This document shows, piece by piece, positions 10,501-20,243 of a DNA stretch of 64,000 nt; the stretch's first letter is position 1; each line of letters opens with the position of its first letter. Made by a program: the position numbers and the translations under genes. The DNA lies in the NCBI GenBank assembly GCA_029256035.1, contig JAQSYR010000001.1:30838-94837 (forward strand), written 5' to 3'. A model generated the notes under the pieces. The model made no database searches, was not told the origin of the DNA, and saw only the letters and a program-made list of their open reading frames with translations. Source of the stretch: Anaerocolumna sp. Lineage in GTDB: Bacteria > Bacillota > Clostridia > Lachnospirales > Lachnospiraceae.

Positions 10501-12138
10501 TAAATAGTAGAATAAGTCTTGGTTATCATTAATTAAAGAGTCATATGAATTTTTAGTTTTTTCTGCTTTTATTTTCGCATCCTTGTTATTAATTCTAGTC
10601 ATATAAATATTATGATTATCAAAAGTGATTGTAGATGATTCTAATATACCGTTTTCAACCAATTCTTCGCTATTTACTTCTTCTTGCATAATTTTACTAT
10701 ATGTATTAAATAATTCGTCAAATTGGTTTTTAATATCCATTACTTTTCCCAAATCTTTATATCCAAGTCCACCAGCTAATACATCTATACATCCTCTATC
10801 TTGTAATGTTGAAAATGCAGCAATATATGCTGTTTTTTGTGGAGTAAATCTTTCGATAATATATTTATAAACTTTTTCTCTGTCTTCTGGTGCAAAGTCT
10901 ACATCAATATCTCCAAGCGATATTCTATCTTCATTACAAAATCTAGAAAATACTGTTTTCCACACAATAGGATCTGTATCTGTAATATCTGTTATGTAAG
11001 CAATAGTGCTACCGGCCACACTACCTCTTCCAAAACCATATGGTATACCATTGTTTGTACACCATTCTAACAATTCAGACATAAACATCATAAAGCTTTC
11101 CATTCCAAGTTTACACATTACTTTAAATTCTTCTTTTATCTTTTCTTTATACTCTTTTTCAGTATGATTTATTAAGTCTAAACAATTATTAGATTTTTTT
11201 TCTTCATATTTTCTATAAATCAAATCCATCCACTGCTGTCTTACATTATCACCATATAATGTCGGATATTTAAAATTCTTATCAAACTTAAAATCTTCAA
11301 CCATATTAGCAAATACATTAGTATTATTAATTGCATTCATAAAAACTTCTTCTGCTAGTGATTTTTGTAATTTAAATGCTTCAACCAACTCATCATAATT
11401 TTTCCACGTCAAATCAAATTCATCTTCACTGCCATAGAAACTTTTTTTGTATATCTGTAATATCTTTCTGCATTCTGCTTTGTATTTACTTGATGAATGT
11501 GTATCTGTTCCAGCAATTAAAGGTATACCTTTTTCTAAACTTAATTTATACAACTTATTATTATATCTAATTTGATCTTCACAATTATGGTATTGTATTT
11601 CAAGAAAACATCTATGTTTGTTTTTTGACAACCATTCAACAATTGTATTATAATCGTTTATTTTTTCATTATTGTCCCATTTATTCAATGGCGAAGCTAA
11701 ACAAGCTGTAACAACCATAATGTTGTCACTTGTATTCATCAATTCTTCAAGCGAAATACGTGGATTATAATACATGTGTCTATCAGAATTATCTTCACAA
11801 ACACCTTTTGATGTGGATAATGAAATCAATTCATTTAGCTCAAGTACACCTTTATAATTCTTTGCATATAAACCAATATGTCCGCCTCTATCATCATCCT
11901 CTAATTTCCCACACAAATATAACTCTACTCCGTGAATATATTTAATTCCTGCTTTATCACACTCTTGTTTTTTCTTTATCCAATCATATATTCCACCATG
12001 ATTACTAAATGCAATCGCTTTCATTCCTTGCTTTTTTGCAAGTTTAATATACTCTTTAAAATTAGAACATGAATCTGCGTATCCATTACAATTACTTGTA
12101 TCGTCATGTAAATGATACACCGTATAATTATTATCCAC
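7534..12138 (-). CDS. dnaE: DNA polymerase III alpha subunit (phage DnaE) containing an intein
   Basis: PHP domain (HLH, TDTH), GRGSVAGS, DIDVDF, HPSG, KFDILGL, FGFNHS. Confidence 0.96.
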   Translation of the reverse strand: MDNNYTVYHLHDDTSNCNGYADSCSNFKEYIKLAKKQGMKAIAFSNHGGIYDWIKKKQECDKAGIKYIHGVELYLCGKLEDDDRGGHIGLYAKNYKGVLELNELISLSTSKGVCEDNSDRHMYYNPRISLEELMNTSDNIMVVTACLASPLNKWDNNEKINDYNTIVEWLSKNKHRCFLEIQYHNCEDQIRYNNKLYKLSLEKGIPLIAGTDTHSSSKYKAECRKILQIYKKSFYGSEDEFDLTWKNYDELVEAFKLQKSLAEEVFMNAINNTNVFANMVEDFKFDKNFKYPTLYGDNVRQQWMDLIYRKYEEKKSNNCLDLINHTEKEYKEKIKEEFKVMCKLGMESFMMFMSELLEWCTNNGIPYGFGRGSVAGSTIAYITDITDTDPIVWKTVFSRFCNEDRISLGDIDVDFAPEDREKVYKYIIERFTPQKTAYIAAFSTLQDRGCIDVLAGGLGYKDLGKVMDIKNQFDELFNTYSKIMQEEVNSEELVENGILESSTITFDNHNIYMTRINNKDAKIKAEKTKNSYDSLINDNQDLFYYLKGLKGTIVAKGTHPSGIIGSPITLADSIGLFYKDGDLNMPVSTCAMKAVDSLNYVKFDILGLKTVGIIKDACRYAGIPYPKAHEINWEDDKVWNNMIETQQGVFQFEGDYAFDLLKNFKPHTVNHMSMVNAALRPSGKSYRDKMIAGEFNKNPSEEIDKLLEDNNGYLIFQEDTIKFLTDICDFTGSAADTTRRCLDENSLVLMSNGNRKRIKDVEVGDKVVCIDNSNNITHKPVINKFNNGIKQTYKIYTQQDNYIIATDNHKILTQNGWKQVKELTNNDYVMTPSVIHPTSDNLKPNQRLSENEMFLLGLLIGDGSIGDINNIHFTNSELCVIEKFKNCVSELSRYNKNCEFTDHIQNGVEVDYIYSIYIKSKNHRMILQNLLTKYDLVKKAGLKRIPYEIMNYPVGSKLTNLLAGLFNTDGGYNLKNTCIEYYTTSRELAYQIKSLLMKYNIYSYVESKNVKGYDYMCYHLIIRQVDSVEKFCNTIATLIVGRKKDDYFNILELAKNRTLQYDYILPEECYEEIIKNANDRNISFSDIGNQIGGYKHNGFKLNKNSTITNTKALDIVKFVYSPKTYELLMAEYIPLKIIKIEEYGISNVYDIEVKDNHNYVANEIIVHNCIGKKDQEGLKEQLPKILEGYCKHSSKPREIAEKEAEQFVQIVADSSEYQFGFNHSTSYSMNGYACVNLRTYYTIEFITAYLNRAENEEDTNNGINLARYFNIEIKPIQFGKSLSEYTIDRKDNTIYKGILSIKYCNSKIAEELMELSKNKYNNFIELLTDIHKQTSVDARQLTILTGLNFFSMFGNNKYLLNVIEVYNNLYNVKQIKKADFDKLQLNEFLMKKYSSKETEKLYKELDTKGLVTEMCSKLEDKPMSIIEHIKFEMEYLQYTTYANPKVSKDYYVVLDFKTYNNPATPYLLVRNIKTGEEFKTKITSAKIFKLSPFGQYSILKIYEFREQFKKRKVGEEWIPTDETEKIITAFECIK
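8635..9918 (-). mobile_element. LAGLIDADG-containing intein (428 aa) in DnaE
   Basis: Starts CLDENSLV after TTRR; block B TDNHKILT; LLGLLIGDG and LAGLFNTDG; ends VYDIEV...IIVHN followed by +1 Cys (CIGKK). Confidence 0.95.
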
Positions 12139-12149
12139 TTAACCACCTC

Positions 12150-13319
12150 CTATAAACTATTTAACCATTCCAAATCATCTGTTTCATTATCGTTTAAATC
12201 ACTGCCAACTCCACCAAACATATCAGTTCCATTCTTTTTGGTTTCTAATTTATCTAAATATTTCTTATATGGTTTATGTAAATTTGCTGAATAAGAACAT
12301 AAATTAGCAAAATAATAACTTTGTTTATCTACGCTTTCATCTGAATCAAAGAATAGTGACTCATCTTTAGTTATTTTATATCGTTCTTCTATGTCACAAA
12401 TCTCATCAAGAGTTTTAACAATATCTTCTTTCAATTCATCAATAAGATCCTGTGTTAAATCTACAAATATATAACAATCATCAATAATATATTTTTCTTG
12501 CACTTCTTTTGGTAGACATTTAATGTCATTGGTTGTGATTAGCAATTCAATATAGTCGTCAATCTCTTCTTCGCTATAACCGAAATGTTTCAACCATGTT
12601 TTTGAGTTTGCTTTTAAACTTTCTCCTATCTTACATCGTTCTATTTGTCTAATATTATTTTTACCATTCTTTAATTCAGTTGTAACGTTAACATATTTAA
12701 GGAAGTTCCAACATATTTTAATTTTTTCTAGTGGAATACCTAATTGTCGTAATCCTTCTGCATATAAAATAAGCTGTCCTGCCTCTCCAATTGCTTTTTC
12801 TCCTTTATAAATTGAAGATGTTTTCCAATCCTGAATAATAAAATTACCATCTGAATCCTTCTTTGTTAGATCAATATATCCTTGAAATATATATTTACCT
12901 ACTTTAATTGTAATAAATCTTTCTAAATCTACTTTTACTGTAATAGGTTTATGATTCTTGAAGAAGTGTTTTAAATTAGCCATATACTTTTCTTTGATTG
13001 TATCGTTCTTTTCTTCATTACTTCTATCAAATTTCAAATCTGCAACTTCTAATGTAATTGCTGCATCGTCAAATTCAGTAGCTAATTCATTGTATGTAAT
13101 TTCTTTTTTATAAAACTTCTCTAAGATGTCGTGTGCAAATCCTCCACTAGCACCATATATTGAATCATCTCTATCTGGTTTTACTTTAGGATTTACTACA
13201 TATGATAAGAAATATTCATATGGAGAAGTCTTGTATTTATAATATCGTGACCAACTCCATAGTGTATCAACTCCATATTTATCTTTTATATTATTTAACT
13301 CTTCGTATGTTTTTCTCAT
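12150..13319 (-). CDS. PD-(D/E)XK (RecB/Cas4-like) nuclease
   Basis: WSWSR...PYEY, G..AHDILE, GYIDL...IQDWKT, QLILYA. Confidence 0.85.
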   Translation of the reverse strand: MRKTYEELNNIKDKYGVDTLWSWSRYYKYKTSPYEYFLSYVVNPKVKPDRDDSIYGASGGFAHDILEKFYKKEITYNELATEFDDAAITLEVADLKFDRSNEEKNDTIKEKYMANLKHFFKNHKPITVKVDLERFITIKVGKYIFQGYIDLTKKDSDGNFIIQDWKTSSIYKGEKAIGEAGQLILYAEGLRQLGIPLEKIKICWNFLKYVNVTTELKNGKNNIRQIERCKIGESLKANSKTWLKHFGYSEEEIDDYIELLITTNDIKCLPKEVQEKYIIDDCYIFVDLTQDLIDELKEDIVKTLDEICDIEERYKITKDESLFFDSDESVDKQSYYFANLCSYSANLHKPYKKYLDKLETKKNGTDMFGGVGSDLNDNETDDLEWLNSL

Positions 13320-14413
13320 TTAATCTTCCTTTCTAGTGATTTCAAATATTCTTTATGTTCAAATTCATCATAGACTGTCCTATACTTAAATAAAAACTCA
13401 TATATCTTATTTGGCTTGTCGGCAGGAGCTTCTTTGTCTTCTAATAAATCCCATTTATCATATATATAACTTACCTTTCGTAAGTGATAAAACTTTTCAC
13501 AACAATGTCTTATATAATCTATATCTATACCTTTATCAAAGCTTATAATTATCTCACTAATATTTAATCCTAATAGTATTCTTACTTGTTCATCAGAAAT
13601 ATCATGACAACCAACTGCAACACCAGTACCATCCAACAAACTATGACGTTTTAAAACCGATTTCTCAGACTCCCAAATTATCGCATATCCAGCCTTTTCA
13701 ATAGTTTCATAGTTTTCATACAATCCATACAGATTAATAGTTTTTGTATATGGCTTAATAGCAAAATATTTTGGTATATCAAATTCATCATAGTTTTCTA
13801 CCATAGTTCTTCCAGTGATACCAATTAATTCGCCAGTAAGCCAATACCTAACAGGGATTATAACTCTCTGTCTTCTAAAGCTATATCCTAATTGAAACTT
13901 GTTTACTGTATATTGAGTAATTCCTTCCTTAACCCAATTAACATGAATACATGGTGTATAATCTTCTAGTATCTCATCATCTAACACTTCTATATCTGAT
14001 ACATTGTTTTGCTTTCTGTATTTTTTAACTTTCTTAAATACTGCAAGTGGATCAAAAACATCCTTTTTCTTTTCTTCTTCTTTTTTATATGTAAATTGCA
14101 ATCCTAATAAATTATGTGTATATCTCATAGCCTTTTTAAATGATAAATCTTTGTTGTATTGTATTAATGTAATCAAATCAGATTTATCATCAAAATGTTT
14201 TTTTCTTGTATAATTAACGCAATTTAAATACATGTTGTTTTTAATATTAATTGCATTGATATTATCTCCATCGCCATCTTTATTACTAATGTTTCCACAT
14301 GAAAAATACTCTTTATTAGGATGATATTTAATCGAATGACATCCAATCTGTTCTAATATGTATTCAATTTTGTTTTCTTTGTATATGTATTCTTTTAAAC
14401 TTACAACATCCAA
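13316..14413 (-). CDS. phage DNA primase (DnaG-like)
   Basis: RVIIP..GITGR, PKY, LYGL, ESEKS TOPRIM region, SFDKG; adjacent to helicase. Confidence 0.85.
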   Translation of the reverse strand: MDVVSLKEYIYKENKIEYILEQIGCHSIKYHPNKEYFSCGNISNKDGDGDNINAINIKNNMYLNCVNYTRKKHFDDKSDLITLIQYNKDLSFKKAMRYTHNLLGLQFTYKKEEEKKKDVFDPLAVFKKVKKYRKQNNVSDIEVLDDEILEDYTPCIHVNWVKEGITQYTVNKFQLGYSFRRQRVIIPVRYWLTGELIGITGRTMVENYDEFDIPKYFAIKPYTKTINLYGLYENYETIEKAGYAIIWESEKSVLKRHSLLDGTGVAVGCHDISDEQVRILLGLNISEIIISFDKGIDIDYIRHCCEKFYHLRKVSYIYDKWDLLEDKEAPADKPNKIYEFLFKYRTVYDEFEHKEYLKSLERKIK

Positions 14414-14452
14414 GTAAATATCATCCTTTCCATTGTTTATTATTATTTATTA

Positions 14453-15952
14453 TTAGAAGTCTTGTACTATATTTGTAATACCAATATCTTTATAAACATT
14501 TGTTGATAAGTTATATTCACTAATAATTTGAAATGCGTCTGTCTGTCCAAATCTGTTCTTAGGAATAAACATAATCATATAATGTTTCTCTCTGTCTAGC
14601 TTAAATGGTATTCTACTTTTGCCATTCTTTCCTTCTAACTTATATCCCACTATTTCACGTTTTCCACCTGCATACTCATCATCAAAAGGTTTTCTCATCA
14701 TAAGATTTACAGACATTACATCGACAATAGACTTTGCCTGTCCTATTTCATTGTTAGTTAAATATCTTTGTTTAATACTTGCCTTTCCTAACTGATATGT
14801 CATAAATAGGCATACATTTTTTGCTGAAGGTTTTACAACATCATATAATTCCACTGTATCACGCATCATGGATTTAAATATTTCGTCTGATTTAGCATCA
14901 CAACTTTCTTTTAGAGTATCAAGTATAAAATACTTACATCCTAAACCACTGTACTTCTTAATAATCTTAATTGCAGTTTTAGCTGAATATCTTTCAAGAG
15001 GTATAACTGTAATATTCTTATTGTCTTTTTTTTCTGCCAACCAATCAGCACATTTTCTAAGTAATTTTTTTGTTTCTTCACTAAATTTTCCATCTCTTAA
15101 TATGTATTTATGCAATTCTTCTTTGAAAATATTGTTTGCTACCCATATTAATAACTCTTTTTGTACTTTTGTTTGATCTTCTTCATTGATCATCATAACT
15201 ATTTTTTCGTCGTATTTAATTATTGATGGGAAAATATAGTTAATTGCAGTTGTTGATTTACCTATTCCAGAGTTAGCACCTAGACCATATATGTTTCCGT
15301 TTGGATTTAAACCACCTATTTCCTTATTAAGTATTTCACAATTATGTAATGGCAATCCAATACCTGCACCCTTATCAAGCTCATCTATTAACTCATGTAA
15401 TCCATCAAAAGCATTATAACTTTTAACTTCTCCTTCAACGTCCATAAACATATGATTAATAAATGTTTCAAATTCGTTATAGATATCTTCAGCTTTCATA
15501 TCGCAATAATCACTCAATCTATCCTTTACTGGAAAACCCCACTTAGCTAACTGAATGACTTTATTCCATTTTTTTAAATCCTTAATATATCCATCAAAAT
15601 TTTCAACCTTTACATATGAACCAGCTTTTGAAATTGTTTCATACCCATTATACTCATCATATTGTTTACTTAATTTTGAGTGCTTCTCAAGGTATAGACC
15701 AACTGTAATCTCGTCTAAAATCTTTTTATCCTCAACTTGAATTAAATCATTGGCTATTGTGAAATAAACTCTCCATACATTACTATTAAAATCATCCAAC
15801 TTTAAATTTGTTTCATATATTAATTCAGGTTGTTTATATAAAATAGCAACAACATTGGCTTCACAAGCCTCTTTAAATTCATTCACTTTTTTTAAAGTTG
15901 CAACCAATTCCTCTTGGAATGGTGTCAATTTTATACTTTTATTTGTCGCCAT
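14453..15952 (-). CDS. DnaB-like replicative helicase
   Basis: Walker A GANSGIGKS, ILDTLK, TYQL, KNRFG arginine finger. Confidence 0.88.
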   Translation of the reverse strand: MATNKSIKLTPFQEELVATLKKVNEFKEACEANVVAILYKQPELIYETNLKLDDFNSNVWRVYFTIANDLIQVEDKKILDEITVGLYLEKHSKLSKQYDEYNGYETISKAGSYVKVENFDGYIKDLKKWNKVIQLAKWGFPVKDRLSDYCDMKAEDIYNEFETFINHMFMDVEGEVKSYNAFDGLHELIDELDKGAGIGLPLHNCEILNKEIGGLNPNGNIYGLGANSGIGKSTTAINYIFPSIIKYDEKIVMMINEEDQTKVQKELLIWVANNIFKEELHKYILRDGKFSEETKKLLRKCADWLAEKKDNKNITVIPLERYSAKTAIKIIKKYSGLGCKYFILDTLKESCDAKSDEIFKSMMRDTVELYDVVKPSAKNVCLFMTYQLGKASIKQRYLTNNEIGQAKSIVDVMSVNLMMRKPFDDEYAGGKREIVGYKLEGKNGKSRIPFKLDREKHYMIMFIPKNRFGQTDAFQIISEYNLSTNVYKDIGITNIVQDF

Positions 15953-15953
15953 A

Positions 15954-16409
15954 TCACCATAACCCCTCTAATTTTTTATTTACCTTATCATCTGTCTTTC
16001 TTGTGTATTCAGCACATTCATGACAAACAGTATCTATGTTAATTACTTCTGTTTTTTCTTGTGATTTCTTAGCATTGCTAATTCTCATATAAACATCGTT
16101 AATATTGTTTTCTACTATTGCTGCGATATATATAAATTTACTCATTTCATTTTTAAATGTTTTACCATATAATGCACTCATAATTGTTGTTTTACATATT
16201 TTGAATGTATATAAAATTGTTTCATATGTATATTTAGCTTTGTTTTCTGTTTTATTATTTGCTATTAATTTACCTTGCGTCAGTCCTTTTAACCTTAATA
16301 CAATATTGTTTGGTAATGCCTGATTTTCATCATATAGCATTATCTCTTTTTTTACATACCAATATAAATCATCCCATTGTTTTAATTCTTCCTTTGTCAT
16401 TTTTGCCAT
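15954..16409 (-). CDS. conserved replication-module protein (position of SPbeta YorH)
   Basis: ORF between AAA ATPase and helicase; ATG after AGGTGGTG. Confidence 0.7.
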   Translation of the reverse strand: MAKMTKEELKQWDDLYWYVKKEIMLYDENQALPNNIVLRLKGLTQGKLIANNKTENKAKYTYETILYTFKICKTTIMSALYGKTFKNEMSKFIYIAAIVENNINDVYMRISNAKKSQEKTEVINIDTVCHECAEYTRKTDDKVNKKLEGLW

Positions 16410-16472
16410 AAATTCACCACCTTTAATATTAAGGGAGTGCAATAAACACTCCCTATTTCTAATTCAAACTAG

Positions 16473-17585
16473 TTATTTGATGAGTTCTAATACTTTATCT
16501 GCATCATCAACATCGGTAATATCTGTTGGTTTTGAATAACCCAACTCTTTGCTTAACTCTAAAATAGGTTTAATTAAGCTCATATCTGACTTATTCTCTT
16601 TGATATATTCAGTAATCATAGCAATTTTTTCGTTTAAAGCTTTTTTTGATTTGTTATCTTCTTCTGCTTTAGCAATAGATTTTATCTTATCAGCCTCTTC
16701 TTTTGCCTGTTCTTCTTTGGTCTGTTCTAATGTTTTGCCAGACTTAGACTGTTCTGCTTTAATTGCGTCAGTAATCGCCTTAATAAATTGATCTGCATTC
16801 AAATCAATTTCAGAAACAATTTCAGCAAATCTTGAACCACTATCTACACAGAAATTATCATCTCTAAACTTAATTTTCCTTGTTTCTTCCTGTACTTTAC
16901 TTACAGTTTCTTCTTTCTTTGTAACAATATTTTTCTTTCCAGTTTTTTCTTTTATGATAGTTCTATCTATGTATGCAAGTCCCAAGAAGTGAAGATTTTT
17001 CTTTAAAGCGTTGAAATAATTCTGTTGTTGATCACTTGTAAGTGTCTGATATGTTTCACCACTAACAACATCTGTAACATCTTTTGTTTTTACGTGACCA
17101 ATAATAATTGTTGCAACCCCAACTCTCCTTAACTCGGCAAACTTATTAAACATAAGTTCAATTGCTTTCTTTTCTCCTTTACCAAAACCTCCCCATGCAG
17201 CATTAATACTATCTGCTCTTTTGTCGGGATTGTCTCTATTCCACAATCTAATTGACTCCTGTTCTGCTAGAGTAATTAATTGATCGTATGTATCAATGAC
17301 AACTGTTTTTAATTCTGCATAATCTTTAGTCTTGTTATCAATAATGTCTTCACAAATTTCCTCAAAATACTCCCAATCAGGAACATCTTCATAATTAATT
17401 CCTTCAATTGCGTCTGCACCTGCTTCGTGGAAACATTCTAAAAATAAGTATCCATCATCTCCTGCCAACTTTTCACATACTTCTTTAATAAGTGTAGTTT
17501 TTCCAACTTTTGATTCTCCAAGAAGGCATAAGTTATAAGCTAATGGATCTAGTTTAACATGATTCTTTTTTCCGTATTTTCCCAT
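16473..17585 (-). CDS. AAA/Sak4-like ATPase (YorG-like)
   Basis: GESKVGKT Walker A, VIDT Walker B, GGFGKG, IIGH. Confidence 0.85.
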   Translation of the reverse strand: MGKYGKKNHVKLDPLAYNLCLLGESKVGKTTLIKEVCEKLAGDDGYLFLECFHEAGADAIEGINYEDVPDWEYFEEICEDIIDNKTKDYAELKTVVIDTYDQLITLAEQESIRLWNRDNPDKRADSINAAWGGFGKGEKKAIELMFNKFAELRRVGVATIIIGHVKTKDVTDVVSGETYQTLTSDQQQNYFNALKKNLHFLGLAYIDRTIIKEKTGKKNIVTKKEETVSKVQEETRKIKFRDDNFCVDSGSRFAEIVSEIDLNADQFIKAITDAIKAEQSKSGKTLEQTKEEQAKEEADKIKSIAKAEEDNKSKKALNEKIAMITEYIKENKSDMSLIKPILELSKELGYSKPTDITDVDDADKVLELIK

Positions 17586-17671
17586 TCAATAATCTCCTTA
17601 TATTCATGTTGTATGCTACTGCCATATTTCAGACAGTAGCAAGTTAATAGTTTTGTGTATATTATTATTTT

Positions 17672-18865
17672 TTATAGATTATCCAACCAAGAATTATCTT
17701 CTTCTGTAGAAGTTTCTTCAACATTTTCTGCATCGTCTTCATTGTTATCATCTTGATCTTCTTCTGCTTCTTCTTCCTCGCCAAACTCAATCATAAAATC
17801 AAGAATTAAATCTTCTTCTGCATATTTCTCTTCTGTTTTTTGTACAACAGGAACTTCCTTGCCTTCTTCGCCAACCATCTTGAATACAGGTTTTCTAAGA
17901 ATCATTCGTCTTTCTTTGCCACCACCTACAGTACATTTTGCAAGTGCTTCTTCAAGTGTGTATGCTCCAATTTCAATCAAATCCTTAATATCCTGTGGCA
18001 AATCATCTTCTGTCGCAGTTACCACAGCACCACCCTCAACGAAATCTCCTTCGAATGTAATCTCTGTAACACCTTTTTTTACTTTGAATAATTTAGCTAC
18101 GACTTTTTCAACAAGTTCTCTTTTTGTTAAGTCAACTTCATATTCAAATAATCTAGTGATAGGAATAAACTGTTTTACTTCCTTGCCTTTGTAATCTTTA
18201 ACATACTCAAGAACCTTTGCATATACAGGTAATACACCTTTATCTTTGTCTGGTTTGTCAAGACTATCTTTTGTTAATAGAAGAGTTTGTGTAAATTTAG
18301 CACGATACTTACTTGAATCTTCTGCTCCTGAAAGTACAATACTTGTAATTTCTTTCTTAACAGTTACATTATCGTTATATAACTGATATTTTAAATTACC
18401 TTTAACATTTAACACTGTTCCTTCTTGTAGGTTTTCTTTTATATATGCAATTGCATCATATGGAGATAAGAATTTCTTGTAGAATGTTTTATCTTTCTTA
18501 TCTTTTTCAAGTCCTACAGTTAAGAAACACATTTCTCCGATTTCAGATAACACACTTTCATCAAAACGATCATCCCAATCAATAGTAAATCTGTTATCAA
18601 AATCATCTTTTCCATCTTCTTTTTTTCCATGCACATATAGAATATTGTCTCTCTCAGAACCATATCCCCCCATCAACTCTGTGTAAACTACACCATGTTT
18701 TTCTCCACAGTCAACACCGAGATTCAATACATTGTAAACCCAATCAGACTTTTCTGATTTTTCATCAATCTTAAATGTAAAATCATTAACTTTTGCTTCT
18801 CCGATTAATGCGAAATTTGCTGTCCAATTTTTCTTTTCTAATTTCTTGCGTTCATACTTTGCCAT
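17672..18865 (-). CDS. putative single-stranded DNA-binding protein (YorF-like)
   Basis: Beta-rich 397 aa with strongly acidic tail ending WLDNL; first gene of replication block. Confidence 0.6.
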   Translation of the reverse strand: MAKYERKKLEKKNWTANFALIGEAKVNDFTFKIDEKSEKSDWVYNVLNLGVDCGEKHGVVYTELMGGYGSERDNILYVHGKKEDGKDDFDNRFTIDWDDRFDESVLSEIGEMCFLTVGLEKDKKDKTFYKKFLSPYDAIAYIKENLQEGTVLNVKGNLKYQLYNDNVTVKKEITSIVLSGAEDSSKYRAKFTQTLLLTKDSLDKPDKDKGVLPVYAKVLEYVKDYKGKEVKQFIPITRLFEYEVDLTKRELVEKVVAKLFKVKKGVTEITFEGDFVEGGAVVTATEDDLPQDIKDLIEIGAYTLEEALAKCTVGGGKERRMILRKPVFKMVGEEGKEVPVVQKTEEKYAEEDLILDFMIEFGEEEEAEEDQDDNNEDDAENVEETSTEEDNSWLDNL

Positions 18866-19080
18866 ATTTTATTTCTCCTTATTATGTATTATAATTTTTA
18901 ATAGTTGCCTTGTTTATTATTATCTATTTATGTGGTTATAAATACCGAATAAAACCCCGAATTGATGTGCTTTTATCGTCTATATATTGTTGTTGATTAC
19001 TTGCAATACACCATATGTTGTCTATTATTATTTGTAATTAGGTGGACTGTTAATCCTAAACATATCATCTCTCTCCTTAA

Positions 19081-19281
19081 TTAGAACTTAAAAAATTTGT
19101 CATCGAATTTATCAAAATTCTTTGTAGCTTTCTTAAATATTGATACTTGAAATACAAAAATCAAAACATACAACACCACTGCAATAATCTCCGGTAATAA
19201 TACTAAAAACCATGACCAAGAAATAACACCTAATAACTTACAGATCACAAAAATAATTGTTAGCACTTCACAAATGCCCAT
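19081..19281 (-). CDS. small membrane protein
   Basis: Two hydrophobic segments; KLLGVISWSWFLVLLP motif. Confidence 0.8.
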   Translation of the reverse strand: MGICEVLTIIFVICKLLGVISWSWFLVLLPEIIAVVLYVLIFVFQVSIFKKATKNFDKFDDKFFKF

Positions 19282-19298
19282 CTTAATTCCTCCAAATT

Positions 19299-19487
19299 TT
19301 ATTTACATAACTTAGATATCATGTTACAAATCCTATCAGTTCTTTTACCATGCTTATTGATATATCTCGCAAGCCTTTTAGCTTCTTTATTTTGCTTAAT
19401 ATCAGAAGCAGAACATTCTAATTTAAATGCATCTACTAAGTTTGATTGTGATTGATTTAATTGACTCTTAACTATGTATTCTACCAT
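19299..19487 (-). CDS. hypothetical protein
   Basis: 62 aa ORF overlapping upstream stop. Confidence 0.55.
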   Translation of the reverse strand: MVEYIVKSQLNQSQSNLVDAFKLECSASDIKQNKEAKRLARYINKHGKRTDRICNMISKLCK

Positions 19488-19708
19488 TTGATTTTATTGC
19501 TCCTATTCTTCCTTCCACCAACTGATTTACCAGCTATTGCAATAATAATTAATACAATTGCTACTAAAGCTAATTCAATCCAAAGCGGAATAAATACAGT
19601 TAACCATGACCATTTAATAACTCCACATAACTTTAAAACAATAAATACTATCTGCAATACTCCCAATACTCCCATTCCACTACTACTTTTTGAACTACTA
19701 TTACTCAT
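19481..19708 (-). CDS. small membrane protein (paralog of 19081-19281)
   Basis: KLCGVIKWSWLTVFIPLW motif. Confidence 0.8.
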   Translation of the reverse strand: MSNSSSKSSSGMGVLGVLQIVFIVLKLCGVIKWSWLTVFIPLWIELALVAIVLIIIAIAGKSVGGRKNRSNKIKW

Positions 19709-19758
19709 TTATTTCACCTCCTATGATTTATATTATTTACAATAAAATACAACTTTTA

Positions 19759-20199
19759 TCAAAACTTAAACATACTCTCAAAATATCTTGGGTTAGGTGC
19801 ATCAACAACCATTCTTGAACCTTCATATTGTTTGAGAAAGTTTAAAATCTGCCTATAGTCTGCACCATGTAAATCAATAAATTTGACAAGATTATAATTT
19901 CCTTCTATACAAACTACCGCCCAACTTCTATTATTTTCATATGGAATTACATCTGCTCCTACCGAAACTACATTTCTGATTGTATTATGTAATATATCTA
20001 TTGATTCTTTATTATTTTTAACATTTGCATCTATTTGCCTTATAGACTGAAATAAATTATCGCATCCACTATTTAAATGAAGTATTTCTTTATCTAATTC
20101 TCTTTTGACGTTTTTAGTTTCTTCAATACAATTTTTTTCTACCTCGTCTATCAATAGAAACTTTATTAGTTTATGCCTAATTTTATCCTTTAATTTCAT
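19759..20199 (-). CDS. hypothetical coiled-coil protein
   Basis: ATG after GGAGGTGA. Confidence 0.75.
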   Translation of the reverse strand: MKLKDKIRHKLIKFLLIDEVEKNCIEETKNVKRELDKEILHLNSGCDNLFQSIRQIDANVKNNKESIDILHNTIRNVVSVGADVIPYENNRSWAVVCIEGNYNLVKFIDLHGADYRQILNFLKQYEGSRMVVDAPNPRYFESMFKF

Positions 20200-20243
20200 T
20201 TGTCTCACCTCCTAAATCCCAATAAAAAGCATCATTGGTCTGC

